A DNA stretch of 62,108 bases, filler included, from an uncultured virus (IMG/VR IMGVR_UViG_2049941000_000856) (lineage: Duplodnaviria > Heunggongvirae > Uroviricota > Caudoviricetes). It is 4 parts of one record of this genome, joined end to end, with 100 filler letters (N's around TTAATTAATTAA, not from the genome) between each part and the next. Parts side by side here need not be neighbours in the genome. Positions count along the whole stretch, not along the records: positions 22,093 to 46,924 come from IMGVR_UViG_2049941000_000856; 3 more parts are not named here. One strand, 5' to 3'. Positions 29,087-37,933 of this stretch are shown piece after piece (position 1 is the stretch's first letter; each line of letters begins with the position of its first letter). The translations under genes and the position numbers were made by a program. The notes beneath the pieces are model-generated. The model was not told the DNA's origin. It saw only the letters and a program-made list of their open reading frames with translations, and made no database searches.

Positions 29087-29965
29087 ATGAAAAAATTCTT
29101 GATTGCTCTTTTCGCTATCTTGGGTTCTTCGCTTTTGGCGTTGTCAGACCTGAGTTGTTCGTCACACTTAAACTGGTTACTAGAGTATAGATGGGTTAAC
29201 GATCTCTATAACGACCACTTAAAAACTTTTTTCGAAACGAAAAGTTTTTGGGCAGGACTTATATGTAACGCTCTCGCGGTACTCATAGAAATCTTTGCAC
29301 CTTCTAGTCCGAAACCCGTGTTAAAAAGCTACTTGAACCAGTTATACGACAATCTCTTTAATGGGGCTGCCGATGAAGTTAGAATCACGGTTTTTCGAAT
29401 CACTAAAGGATATCGGCTATGGCCCTACTTTATATGGAACAACATTCGCTGCATCGTAAAACATTTTATAAAGGGAACGATTCGTCATCAAATCATGTCA
29501 TTCCCATGGTTCCCTTGGAAAAAGTATGTAGCCATTTATGTGAGATGTGGTAATCCGCATAGAAATGGAACGATGACCATATTCAAGTATCCTTCAGACC
29601 ATGACGATGTAAATGGCATTGCGTCGCACGTGTTGATGACTCAGCAAAAGTTTTCCATATCTTTGCCAAATGTCAAAAACATCCATATTGAACGATATAA
29701 GAAAATCGAAGATATTCCTTATAACCATCAACAGATTGTTCAAACATATATGGAAAAAAGTTTTCTTAAGACTTTTGTCCAACTCAAATCGATTCATTCT
29801 AAAGCTACGCAAATATGGGCAATGCCCATTGTTGGTGAAGACAATACTTGGGGAGTATTGGTAGTTGACAGCCTGAAGAATAGCAATCCTTTTAACGATT
29901 CTCATATTGATCAAAGTCTTGAACTTGCAACAAATACAATTTATACTATATTGAGGAGCGTATGA
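29087..29965 (+). CDS. AT-rich cargo membrane protein with GAF-like C-domain
   Basis: Two N-terminal hydrophobic segments; NGIASHV...IWAMPIV...WGVLVVDS. Confidence 0.55.
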   Translation: MKKFLIALFAILGSSLLALSDLSCSSHLNWLLEYRWVNDLYNDHLKTFFETKSFWAGLICNALAVLIEIFAPSSPKPVLKSYLNQLYDNLFNGAADEVRITVFRITKGYRLWPYFIWNNIRCIVKHFIKGTIRHQIMSFPWFPWKKYVAIYVRCGNPHRNGTMTIFKYPSDHDDVNGIASHVLMTQQKFSISLPNVKNIHIERYKKIEDIPYNHQQIVQTYMEKSFLKTFVQLKSIHSKATQIWAMPIVGEDNTWGVLVVDSLKNSNPFNDSHIDQSLELATNTIYTILRSV

Positions 29966-30390
29966 TGCACCATAAGTTCTACTTCAAAGAGCCTCAGACT
30001 AGAGATGACAAGGATAAAGTCATTGAATATTCCGATGACGTGACCATTTTATTTGTCACTATGGGGAATATGATTTCTATGGACAAACCTGTATTTTTTG
30101 CATTTGATATTGATGACAACTTTAATGGTGCTATCACTGTATATAACCTATTCCATAGAGAAAAAACGACTCAATCAGGAGCTATTGAATACGGCATTGC
30201 GAGTGGAAGACTTTTCAAAATGACATTTTCATCAAAAGAAAAATTTGATGAAAGTAGAGAACAGTTAAAAGCTCTATACCATCAATTTGACGAAGAAAAC
30301 ACTCCATCCATGCGAAAAAGAAACAATTCCTCCTTTGCAAAAAGGGCTGTAGAAAAAATAGCAGAATACATAAACAAGAAAACAAAATAG
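29962..30390 (+). CDS. AT-rich hypothetical cargo protein
   Basis: Coupled to the upstream gene (ATGA overlap). Confidence 0.6.
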   Translation: MMHHKFYFKEPQTRDDKDKVIEYSDDVTILFVTMGNMISMDKPVFFAFDIDDNFNGAITVYNLFHREKTTQSGAIEYGIASGRLFKMTFSSKEKFDESREQLKALYHQFDEENTPSMRKRNNSSFAKRAVEKIAEYINKKTK

Positions 30391-30512
30391 AGAAGGACGA
30401 ATAAAAGCTGGTTGTAATAACTGGCTTTTGTTTTAGGGGTTGTTTTTCATTTTCACTTCCTTTGTTTGGATTGTTGTAATTTCGCGCGTTTTTAGTTATA
30501 TTTGAATTACAG

Positions 30513-30806
30513 ATGAGCGTCTGGGATTCCCTTACATTTGATGACTTGCCGAACGAGGATTTAAAGTGGGTTGCAAAGACCCTCGGTCTTGATGTCGCCA
30601 AGAGAATCTGGAAACGCTTTGCGGGTAATCATGTAGCCTGTCCATCCCGGATGACTCCGAACGCTGTGCGTCGCTACATGGCTGACAACTGCGAGAAGAC
30701 TGTCCACCAGCTTGCCTTCGAGACGGGCGTGAGCGAACGCACGATTTACCGCTACCTCAACTTTGTGCCAAAGAAGCGTGACAGCGGGCAGATGTCTCTT
30801 TTCTAG
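30513..30806 (+). CDS. mor: Mor/C-family transcription activator
   Basis: LGLDVAKRIWKRFAG..V..P plus C-terminal HTH VHQLAFETGVSERTIYRYL. The 3' end of a second copy lies at 33346-33394. Confidence 0.8.
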   Translation: MSVWDSLTFDDLPNEDLKWVAKTLGLDVAKRIWKRFAGNHVACPSRMTPNAVRRYMADNCEKTVHQLAFETGVSERTIYRYLNFVPKKRDSGQMSLF

Positions 30807-30825
30807 GGTCATTTGATTCCTTCGG

Positions 30826-31335
30826 TTAAGTGTTCTTGACAATGTGCTGAATCATCATGTTTTCGATAATCTTCACGTCTTCGTCTTGCAGGAGCATGTA
30901 GGGGCGTGCCGGTATGTTTGAGCCGGGGTGTTTTACCTTTCCGTAAATTGCTGGAACTCCGTGCCACATAAAGCTAAGAGCTCTCTTATTCTTGTACCAT
31001 ATTTCGTGTGCTGGAGTTTTGCCACCAAAATGGAGAATTGCCGCATATTTTTGCGGCCCGGTCATGATTGTAACTCCCGATTCATCATTATCCACCTTGT
31101 AGTGGATTTGCCTCATAAGAGCACCCGTGCCAATCATCGTCTTGCCCTTTGGTTTTTCTGTTTCCACCCAACGGGTGGGGCGACCGCCTACACGGAAATT
31201 TTGCTTTATGCTCTTGACAGCAAGGTTGCCAACAGCCGCCAAAACGGGCTTCAAATGAACGGCATGGTCGTTCATGACCTCGATTAGGGCGTCAAATTTG
31301 TGGTCATCTATGGTTGCGTTGATGAAACTTGCCAT
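30826..31335 (-). CDS. Virion morphogenesis protein (Mu gpG-like)
   Basis: NFRVGGRP..W; YAAILHFGG; IPARPYM. Confidence 0.85.
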   Translation of the reverse strand: MASFINATIDDHKFDALIEVMNDHAVHLKPVLAAVGNLAVKSIKQNFRVGGRPTRWVETEKPKGKTMIGTGALMRQIHYKVDNDESGVTIMTGPQKYAAILHFGGKTPAHEIWYKNKRALSFMWHGVPAIYGKVKHPGSNIPARPYMLLQDEDVKIIENMMIQHIVKNT

Positions 31336-31341
31336 GGGGTA

Positions 31342-31370
31342 TTGACTTTCCTTGTGAAAAATGGTATATT
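31342..31370 (+). promoter_or_regulatory. Sigma70-type promoter convergent on the gpF 3' end
   Basis: TTGACT-N17-TATATT with extended TG; positional equivalent at 34176-34204. Confidence 0.6.
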
Positions 31371-31456
31371 ATGAATATCTCTCGGTCGGACTGCCATGCC
31401 AGAATGAAGCCGGGGGACCCCTATGGCGTGCCTGGGCGACCAATGGGCAAGATTTT

Positions 31457-32680
31457 TTACAAAAAACTTTTTCCATCCAATTTGATTTTCTTTCGGTCTT
31501 CCTTAACGGCTGTCCATGCCGTTAGTTTATGTTTGTACGCCCTGAATACAAAAACGATGTTTTTTTGCTTATTTCCGTGCGCTTTATCGAAAACTCCGTA
31601 AAAAATTGCATTGAGCGAAACCTCGTGTCTGTTGGGTTGTTCCTGAAACGATATTCTGAAATCTGTCGGGTTACTCAAGGTTGCTACAAACATGTTGATA
31701 AACCTCGACCTTTCGGGGTGCAGCATCAGATGTTTTCCAAATTCCTTGTAATCGATAACCAAGGGATAGGTCATTTCGTTGACTTTCTTCATCAAGACAG
31801 CCCCTCCTTTGAAAAACCGAGCATCCTTCCTCCAGTCGAAAGCATTCTTCAACGCTGATTCAAAGTTCGTGCAGAAGTCCGTTATATTGTCAACTTGCTC
31901 GTTATATTGAGGCATTGGAATGGGCTTAAAATTTTTAGGCAACTCGAATGAGTCAGGCTTCCAGACGCCTTCCTGTGGAACATCCTTGTACTTTTCCCAG
32001 GTTGTTCCTGAAACTCCCATATAAGCGTCGCCGATACTGTAATCCCAGTTTTTGCCTATGTTGCTTGTGTCGTCTGCCGGGGTCGGGGCTTTCGTTTGTT
32101 TCTCTAGGCCCGCGTCCATTTCGTACTTGGAAATAAACTCCTTTTCGCAAAGACAGCCAAAGCCGTTGGGTGGGCTGTGCTTTTCCCACCACGGGTCGTT
32201 TACAGGGAGCACCGTGCCGTTCCACGCCTTGTGTTCATCGCGGCTTGTGGGCATCATCATGCAGACATACTTTGCGTGGGTGAAAACATCAGGCATTGCT
32301 CTGGCTTGGGCTTCTTGAGCGGCAGCAGTACAGGTTAGCATATTTGTTTGGTAAATGACTTTCGAACGCCATGCACCGTATTTCGGCTTTTTCATCTTTT
32401 CGTCAAAGCTAGGGTCTGATTCACGCCACTTGCTTGCGATAGAGTAAAAACGATTGCGAAAATCTTGTAGGGATTCTCCGTTTTTTATGGCTGCGTTTAC
32501 AGCACTTCTAAAATCTCGCAGAATATCCTCCTGCATACATCCTGCAACCGTAAAAGCTCGAACGTGCATGGCACCTTTGATATCGTCCCATTTTTTTGTA
32601 GGGAGGACTCTCAATTTGTTCTCGAAAAACTTGACAGCTTCCTTGTACGCGCCCTGTTGGAATTTGATGTCCTTAGCCAT
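31457..32680 (-). CDS. Mu gpF-like minor head protein with C-terminal nuclease-like extension
   Basis: AFTVAG, VIYQTN, R.EH.AW.G.VLP..DPWW..H.PPNGFGCLC; about 170-aa extension. Confidence 0.85.
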   Translation of the reverse strand: MAKDIKFQQGAYKEAVKFFENKLRVLPTKKWDDIKGAMHVRAFTVAGCMQEDILRDFRSAVNAAIKNGESLQDFRNRFYSIASKWRESDPSFDEKMKKPKYGAWRSKVIYQTNMLTCTAAAQEAQARAMPDVFTHAKYVCMMMPTSRDEHKAWNGTVLPVNDPWWEKHSPPNGFGCLCEKEFISKYEMDAGLEKQTKAPTPADDTSNIGKNWDYSIGDAYMGVSGTTWEKYKDVPQEGVWKPDSFELPKNFKPIPMPQYNEQVDNITDFCTNFESALKNAFDWRKDARFFKGGAVLMKKVNEMTYPLVIDYKEFGKHLMLHPERSRFINMFVATLSNPTDFRISFQEQPNRHEVSLNAIFYGVFDKAHGNKQKNIVFVFRAYKHKLTAWTAVKEDRKKIKLDGKSFL

Positions 32681-33335
32681 CGATTACGCCTGCTTTTTTG
32701 AGAATGGAGAAACGGCCTGCGAGGTCAGCGGCAAGGAACGCTTGTTCCATTTCTTCGGCAATCTTATCCATGGGCATTTCGCCGTAGCAGCCAATGAGCT
32801 TGTCGCGGACTTCTTCGAGGCTTTTGGCGTTCTCTACGAGTTCACGGATGGGGGCGAGGAAGTCCACCTTTTCGCAGTTCTCAGCGAGTTGTTCGGTGAA
32901 GTCGTTCACCTGGTTACGAAGCTCATGGCTTGTGTTTCGGACTTTTGCCTTTCCGGGCTTCGGGTCGTGTTCCGCAAACATCGCACCGCCTTGTTGGACT
33001 TCGGTCATCTCGAAATACTTTTCGTCGATACCGTAAACATCGGTGATGTACTGGGCATTGAACTTGACACCAAGCTGCGTGAGCTTCACGTCACGTTCGA
33101 GGCGGGCTTCTTGCAAGTCTTCCGGGAGGATGATGTTCATCCACGGGATTTCTTTTTCGTTCGGCCAGTTGATTTCGTAGATCCAGCGGATGAGCTGGTT
33201 GATGCTGGATTCTACCATTGCGGCATCGTCGAGGGCTAGGTCTGCACGCACGTCGTTGTGCACGGTAGCCATTGCCTGAGTGCCGCCTGCGCTTGTCTGT
33301 TCGGTGGTGAGAGTTTCGCCAAGCCAAGCCTTGGA
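32673..33335 (-). CDS. Portal (DUF935) 3' fragment
   Basis: SKAWLGETLTT...VHNDVR; C-terminus differs from the 35666 copy. Confidence 0.85.
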   Translation of the reverse strand, partial: SKAWLGETLTTEQTSAGGTQAMATVHNDVRADLALDDAAMVESSINQLIRWIYEINWPNEKEIPWMNIILPEDLQEARLERDVKLTQLGVKFNAQYITDVYGIDEKYFEMTEVQQGGAMFAEHDPKPGKAKVRNTSHELRNQVNDFTEQLAENCEKVDFLAPIRELVENAKSLEEVRDKLIGCYGEMPMDKIAEEMEQAFLAADLAGRFSILKKAGVIDG

Positions 33336-33390
33336 NNNNNNNNNNTAACTTTGTGCCAAAGAAACGTGACAGCGGGCAGATGTCTTTGTT

Positions 33391-33660
33391 CTAGCGTTTG
33401 CAATTCCATTCCCCTGTGCGTGCACGGTGCAGATAGTTCTCCGCTTTTTCTACATCGTCTTGCCAGTCTTCGCCCTGCTTTTTTCCGACACGGAGCAAAT
33501 ACTTGATGGCGTTCCCGATGGCATACGCGGACTTGCGGGGGATGTTTTCGCGGGTCACTACATCCTCGATGATTTCGATGGTTTCCTTGAAGGGACCCGT
33601 TTGATAGTGGATTCCGCTTGCTTTTTTTTGTTGCGCAGGTTTCTTTTGTGTTGGGTTCAT
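33391..33660 (-). CDS. DUF3310-family protein
   Basis: HY....ETIEII...GNAIKYLLR.GKK....DVEKA..YL. Confidence 0.8.
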   Translation of the reverse strand: MNPTQKKPAQQKKASGIHYQTGPFKETIEIIEDVVTRENIPRKSAYAIGNAIKYLLRVGKKQGEDWQDDVEKAENYLHRARTGEWNCKR

Positions 33661-34175
33661 TTTGTGCCTTCTGTTAGGTGTTCCATAAGAGTTTCTTTGA
33701 ATCCCTCAAGGTCTTCGGGCTGAATAACCATGAATGGGCGGGCGGGGATTTCATGAGTCTTGGTTGTCACTTTGGCGTATATGCGTCGAATGCCATTCCA
33801 GAAGAAAGAGAGAGCTTTCTTTTCTCTAGGAATGATTGTCTTTCCTGCCACAGTTGCACCGAAATTGTGAATTTTAGCATAAGCGATATTAGTTCCTACT
33901 TGAGCGAAATCGTCACCGCTCTTGCTTGTGATGGATTCTCTTAGATTTCCGGTTTTTATCAAAGAACCGCCATATTTCCCTTTAACCCATTTGTGTTTTC
34001 CTCCCAACAAAGAGCCTGGAGAACTATAACGACCACCAACCTCGAAATTTTCACGAACGGATTCTTCCATCTCAAGGGCGATAATTCGCATTGCCCGATT
34101 CATGTTTTTAGCCTTGTTTTCGATGCCTTTTAGCTTCACTACGCACTTTTTATCATCTATTTTGGCATTGATCAT
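33657..34175 (-). CDS. Virion morphogenesis protein (gpG-like, second variant)
   Basis: LIKTGNLRESI; VGTNIAYAKIHNFG; IPARPFM. Confidence 0.85.
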   Translation of the reverse strand: MINAKIDDKKCVVKLKGIENKAKNMNRAMRIIALEMEESVRENFEVGGRYSSPGSLLGGKHKWVKGKYGGSLIKTGNLRESITSKSGDDFAQVGTNIAYAKIHNFGATVAGKTIIPREKKALSFFWNGIRRIYAKVTTKTHEIPARPFMVIQPEDLEGFKETLMEHLTEGTK

Positions 34176-34204
34176 TTGCTTTTCTCCATAAAAAGAGGTA
34201 TATT
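34176..34204 (+). promoter_or_regulatory. Sigma70-type promoter convergent on the gpF 3' end (second variant)
   Basis: TTGCTT-N17-TATATT. Confidence 0.55.
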
Positions 34205-34320
34205 ATGGTTAAAGAACGTACTGAGTTAGTGGAACGAGGTTCACCACTTCGGGAGCTAAACTTTCTAAAAAGTCACAGTACCGTATGCAAGAGTTCGCCG
34301 CCTTGCCAGTCGTTCTTTTT

Positions 34321-35679
34321 TTACAATAGGTGTTTCTTTGAAAACGCCGTTGCATCAACAATCATTCCTGTTTTAAAGACTAGTCGCTTGCTGGATTCGT
34401 TCTCTAGTCCAAAAACGACCTTATAACGCTTTTTTTTGTCGCTTTTTAGTGGTTCTGAGTAGAATACCAAACCATCAACAGGTGTGTAAGTGCAAGCCCA
34501 TTCTTTGATAAGTTCAGGTAATTTGGATAGAACTTCTTTTGGTATTGCAGGATGGTCTGTGCGAAGAGCATGGATTATTCTTTTATCATCTATTGTTAAA
34601 ATACGAGACTCGATATTGAGGTCATTTCCCTTTCGATTTTTCTTACTTTTCAATTTGTTAAAGAAATTTTCAGGCAACAACCCCACAACAAAAGTTTCTC
34701 CCTTCGGAGCGTTCAAGGCTGATTCAACCTCTACAATGTTCTTGAAACTGTTTATAACCTGGTTTGAAAGCTGAGCGAACATCGCTTTCTGTCTTTCTTT
34801 GGGAAGTGTTTCAATCTTTGTTTCCAACAATCTTTCGTAATCTACAGAATATGCTCCAGGTGCGTAATCCCAACCTTGACTTGGATAAACGACTGTGTTT
34901 CCGATTTTGTAGCCCGTTGTCGTTATCTGAACTTTCTGTGTCGTTACAGTTCCATCAAGATTGATGTGTTCTCGTTCTATTTCTTCTGTCTTCGTGACAA
35001 AGTCTTCTGGCTTACTTTCTCTAACAACATCATCAACAGGCTTGCCGAATTTCTTTTCGACCATCCTTTTTGTCATCCTTACAACGGTGCAATGACAGCC
35101 CCATCCATTAGGAGCATAGTGTGTTTGCCAGAACGGGTCATCATAGCGAAAAACAAGGTTGTGTAGTGTGGCATGTTCTATTCGCGGATTTTTATTGCCG
35201 GCACCCTTCGGAACAGCGACATAACGCCAATATGGTGCAATATCAGCATCTTCCATCATTCGTTCGTATCTGCCTGCTGCGTAAGCTGTCTTTACATTGG
35301 TGTTAAATATGCTGCGAAGTCTTCTATGATCTACTTTTATTGGTTTGACGATTTTCTGGTCTTTGTTTACCGCATCAATATTGCCCCACCATCCTTTATC
35401 TTTGAGCGTCGGGATGATTTCATTGGCAAATTCTTGATACGGTTTGCCTTCTTTAATCGCTTTCAAAAGGCTTGCGTGAATATCCTTTACGATATCGATG
35501 CTTGTCGCCTTTGACACCACGAAAACTCTATCGTGGGCATGTCGCATGGTATCAGTCCAATCCCAATGCTTTTTTGGCCCTAAAGCAACTTTTTTTTCGA
35601 AATAGGCGATAGCCTTTTCGCTAGGAAGATTGAACAACGCGGACAACTCCGTCTGTAGTTTTTTATCAGGCATCGGCAC
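34321..35679 (-). CDS. Mu gpF-like protein, second variant with a different C-terminal extension
   Basis: RRLRSIFNTNVKTAYAAGR; DDPFWQTHYAPNGWGCHC. Confidence 0.85.
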   Translation of the reverse strand: MPMPDKKLQTELSALFNLPSEKAIAYFEKKVALGPKKHWDWTDTMRHAHDRVFVVSKATSIDIVKDIHASLLKAIKEGKPYQEFANEIIPTLKDKGWWGNIDAVNKDQKIVKPIKVDHRRLRSIFNTNVKTAYAAGRYERMMEDADIAPYWRYVAVPKGAGNKNPRIEHATLHNLVFRYDDPFWQTHYAPNGWGCHCTVVRMTKRMVEKKFGKPVDDVVRESKPEDFVTKTEEIEREHINLDGTVTTQKVQITTTGYKIGNTVVYPSQGWDYAPGAYSVDYERLLETKIETLPKERQKAMFAQLSNQVINSFKNIVEVESALNAPKGETFVVGLLPENFFNKLKSKKNRKGNDLNIESRILTIDDKRIIHALRTDHPAIPKEVLSKLPELIKEWACTYTPVDGLVFYSEPLKSDKKKRYKVVFGLENESSKRLVFKTGMIVDATAFSKKHLL

Positions 35680-37147
35680 GACCCTGCATTTCAGAAAGGA
35701 CTAGACATTTTGTTACAGCTTCGTCCATTTTTTTGCTGCTCAAGTTCGGGAGAATCTTGTAGAGTTCTTCTTCGAACTGTTCATAGTTGCCGCAATGTTG
35801 AGCGAGGTCGATGATTGGTTTTGCGAGTTCTTCAATTTGTTCTTGCAAATCTTTTGCAGAGAGGTCTTGAATCATTTTTTCAATACCACTCTTGAGGTCG
35901 CCTTCTGCAAAGCAATGGCATTTGTCATCGTGTTCTGCGAACATTGCGCCGCCTTGCTGCACTTCGGTCATCTCGAAATACTTTTCGTCGATGCCATAAA
36001 CATCGGTGATATACTGGGCGTTGAACTTGACACCAAGCTGCGTGAGCTTCACGTCACGTTCGAGGCGAGCTTCCTGCAAGTCTTCCGGGAGGATGATGTT
36101 CATCCAGGGAATTTCTTTTTCGTTCGGCCAGTTGATTTCGTAGATCCAGCGGATGAGCTGGTTGATGCTGGATTCTACCATTGCGGCATCGTCGAGGGCT
36201 AGGTCTGCGCGCACATCGTTGTGCACGGTTGCCATCGCCTGTGTGCCACCTGCGCTTGTCTGTTCGGTGGTGAGAGTTTCGCCAAGCCAAGCCTTGGACA
36301 TGGCCTTGTCTGCCCACGCTATGATTTCTGCGTGCGGGTTCGTGCCGCTCAGGCGAGTTTCCAGAAGTTCCACGGAGCCGGTCTGCGGGATGACTGCGAC
36401 TGCATCGCGGACAAGGCCCACGAGCATTTTGAGGAAGTCCTGCTGTTCTTTTTCGGTCGCGGTGGGCGGCACCTTGCCGATAGCCTTGGGCATACCGTAC
36501 TTTTCGACAAAGAGCATCCAGAACTTGAGACCGCCTTTCTTGAATGCGAGAGGCCAGAAGCAACGGGAATATACCGCGTTGCCGTAGGGGTTCGTCACTG
36601 TCGGTCTGTTGCGGGTCACAAGGAACTTTCGGTCGGGCATTTGTTCGCGGGTGCTGTCCTTTTTTTGCAACAGGAGTTCGCCGTCGTTGCCGAACTTGAA
36701 CCATTCCTGTTTACGGTCCTTAATGGCCGTGGGCAAAATAAGGACTCCGATTTCGGTCTGCACGGCATTCCAAACAATCTCGTGCACGGCGAAACCGAAG
36801 CCGATAGCTTCGAGCATCTGCGAAATCGTGTTGCGGAGGTCAATGTTCCAAAGGTATTCTTCGATGAATTGCGCTTTCTTGGCGTCGCCCTTGCTGCCGT
36901 CGATTGTCCATGCACGGCTCGTGATGGACGCGAACCTCTTGTTTTTGACGGCATCGAGGTGTGCATCCACCATTTCGCGGTAAACCTTGATGTTCCCGCC
37001 GTTCTTCTGGAGGATTGTATCCGGATTCGGCAGGTAGTCTAGCCCGGTGATATACTCGGCGACATTCCGGGTGGCGACTTCCTTTGCAAGCTGCAATTCG
37101 CGCTTGTTTTGGGTCTCGTTCTGGTTATTTTTGTTCTTTTTGCTCAT
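35666..37147 (-). CDS. Portal protein (DUF935/Mu gp29)
   Basis: GFAVHEIVW; NPYG; FWMLFVEKYGMP; SKAWLGETLTT. Confidence 0.9.
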   Translation of the reverse strand: MSKKNKNNQNETQNKRELQLAKEVATRNVAEYITGLDYLPNPDTILQKNGGNIKVYREMVDAHLDAVKNKRFASITSRAWTIDGSKGDAKKAQFIEEYLWNIDLRNTISQMLEAIGFGFAVHEIVWNAVQTEIGVLILPTAIKDRKQEWFKFGNDGELLLQKKDSTREQMPDRKFLVTRNRPTVTNPYGNAVYSRCFWPLAFKKGGLKFWMLFVEKYGMPKAIGKVPPTATEKEQQDFLKMLVGLVRDAVAVIPQTGSVELLETRLSGTNPHAEIIAWADKAMSKAWLGETLTTEQTSAGGTQAMATVHNDVRADLALDDAAMVESSINQLIRWIYEINWPNEKEIPWMNIILPEDLQEARLERDVKLTQLGVKFNAQYITDVYGIDEKYFEMTEVQQGGAMFAEHDDKCHCFAEGDLKSGIEKMIQDLSAKDLQEQIEELAKPIIDLAQHCGNYEQFEEELYKILPNLSSKKMDEAVTKCLVLSEMQGRADA

Positions 37148-37279
37148 GCAGTCCTCGGTCTGTTTCTAATCTCGTTGAATCGCCGTTCAAATTCGTTGAA
37201 AAATGATTTTTTAAAGTTCGTTGTCCACTTGCTAGGGTTTTCAGAAAAAAGGCTTAAAAGGGCCTTTCTGTGCGATTTT

Positions 37280-37768
37280 TTAAAAGCTGCTTAAATCCAC
37301 GTTTTGCCACTTGAACGGGTTTGCCGTTTGCACGAATATCGGGCCCGCCGCATTCGCCGATTTGGCGTGGTATGCAAGCGCCGCTCCCCAGAAGAAGTCG
37401 CCGTGGCCCTGCTCGGTGCTTGCGGCATCGTAGCGGACGTTCCCTGCAGAGGTGACAATCTTACGGACGGCGTGGATGCTTTCGGCCTGCTCGTCCTCGA
37501 TTTTGGTGTCAATGCCCGGGAACTTCGGGCACTTCTCGATGATGAGCTTCTGGTCTTCAAAAGCCTGCAAAAGGTTGATGGCGAGGTCGGCTTTTACCGT
37601 ATTCGAGAAAAGAACGCCCTCTACCTTGACCGTGCCGAACTTGTCCTGGGCTCGTTCTGTGAACTGGTCACCGCATCCGGTACGGTCAATACAGCCGCGG
37701 ATGAGGTTCGGTAGTTTTAGGAACTTGTAAAGCTTCTGTTCCAAATAGCTCCACTTCTTGTTCTGATA
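37280..37768 (-). CDS. Terminase large subunit 3' fragment
   Basis: IDRTGCG; GHGDFFWGAALA. Confidence 0.85.
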   Translation of the reverse strand, partial: YQNKKWSYLEQKLYKFLKLPNLIRGCIDRTGCGDQFTERAQDKFGTVKVEGVLFSNTVKADLAINLLQAFEDQKLIIEKCPKFPGIDTKIEDEQAESIHAVRKIVTSAGNVRYDAASTEQGHGDFFWGAALAYHAKSANAAGPIFVQTANPFKWQNVDLSSF

Positions 37769-37933
37769 NNNNNNNNNNTTGTTTTTTGTTCTTTTTGCTC
37801 ATGCAATCCTCGGTAGTTTTCTAATCCTTTTGAATCGCCGTTCAAATTCGTTGAAAAATGATTTTTTAAAGTTTGTAGTCCGTTTACTAGGGTAAAACGA
37901 AAACAGGCTTAAAAGGGCCTTTCTGTGCAATTT

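Noticed and set aside
37148..37279. Conserved TerL-portal intergenic region as a Mu strong-gyrase-site analogue
   Set aside because: It is conserved between variants (37803-37933), but I cannot match it to a defined motif.
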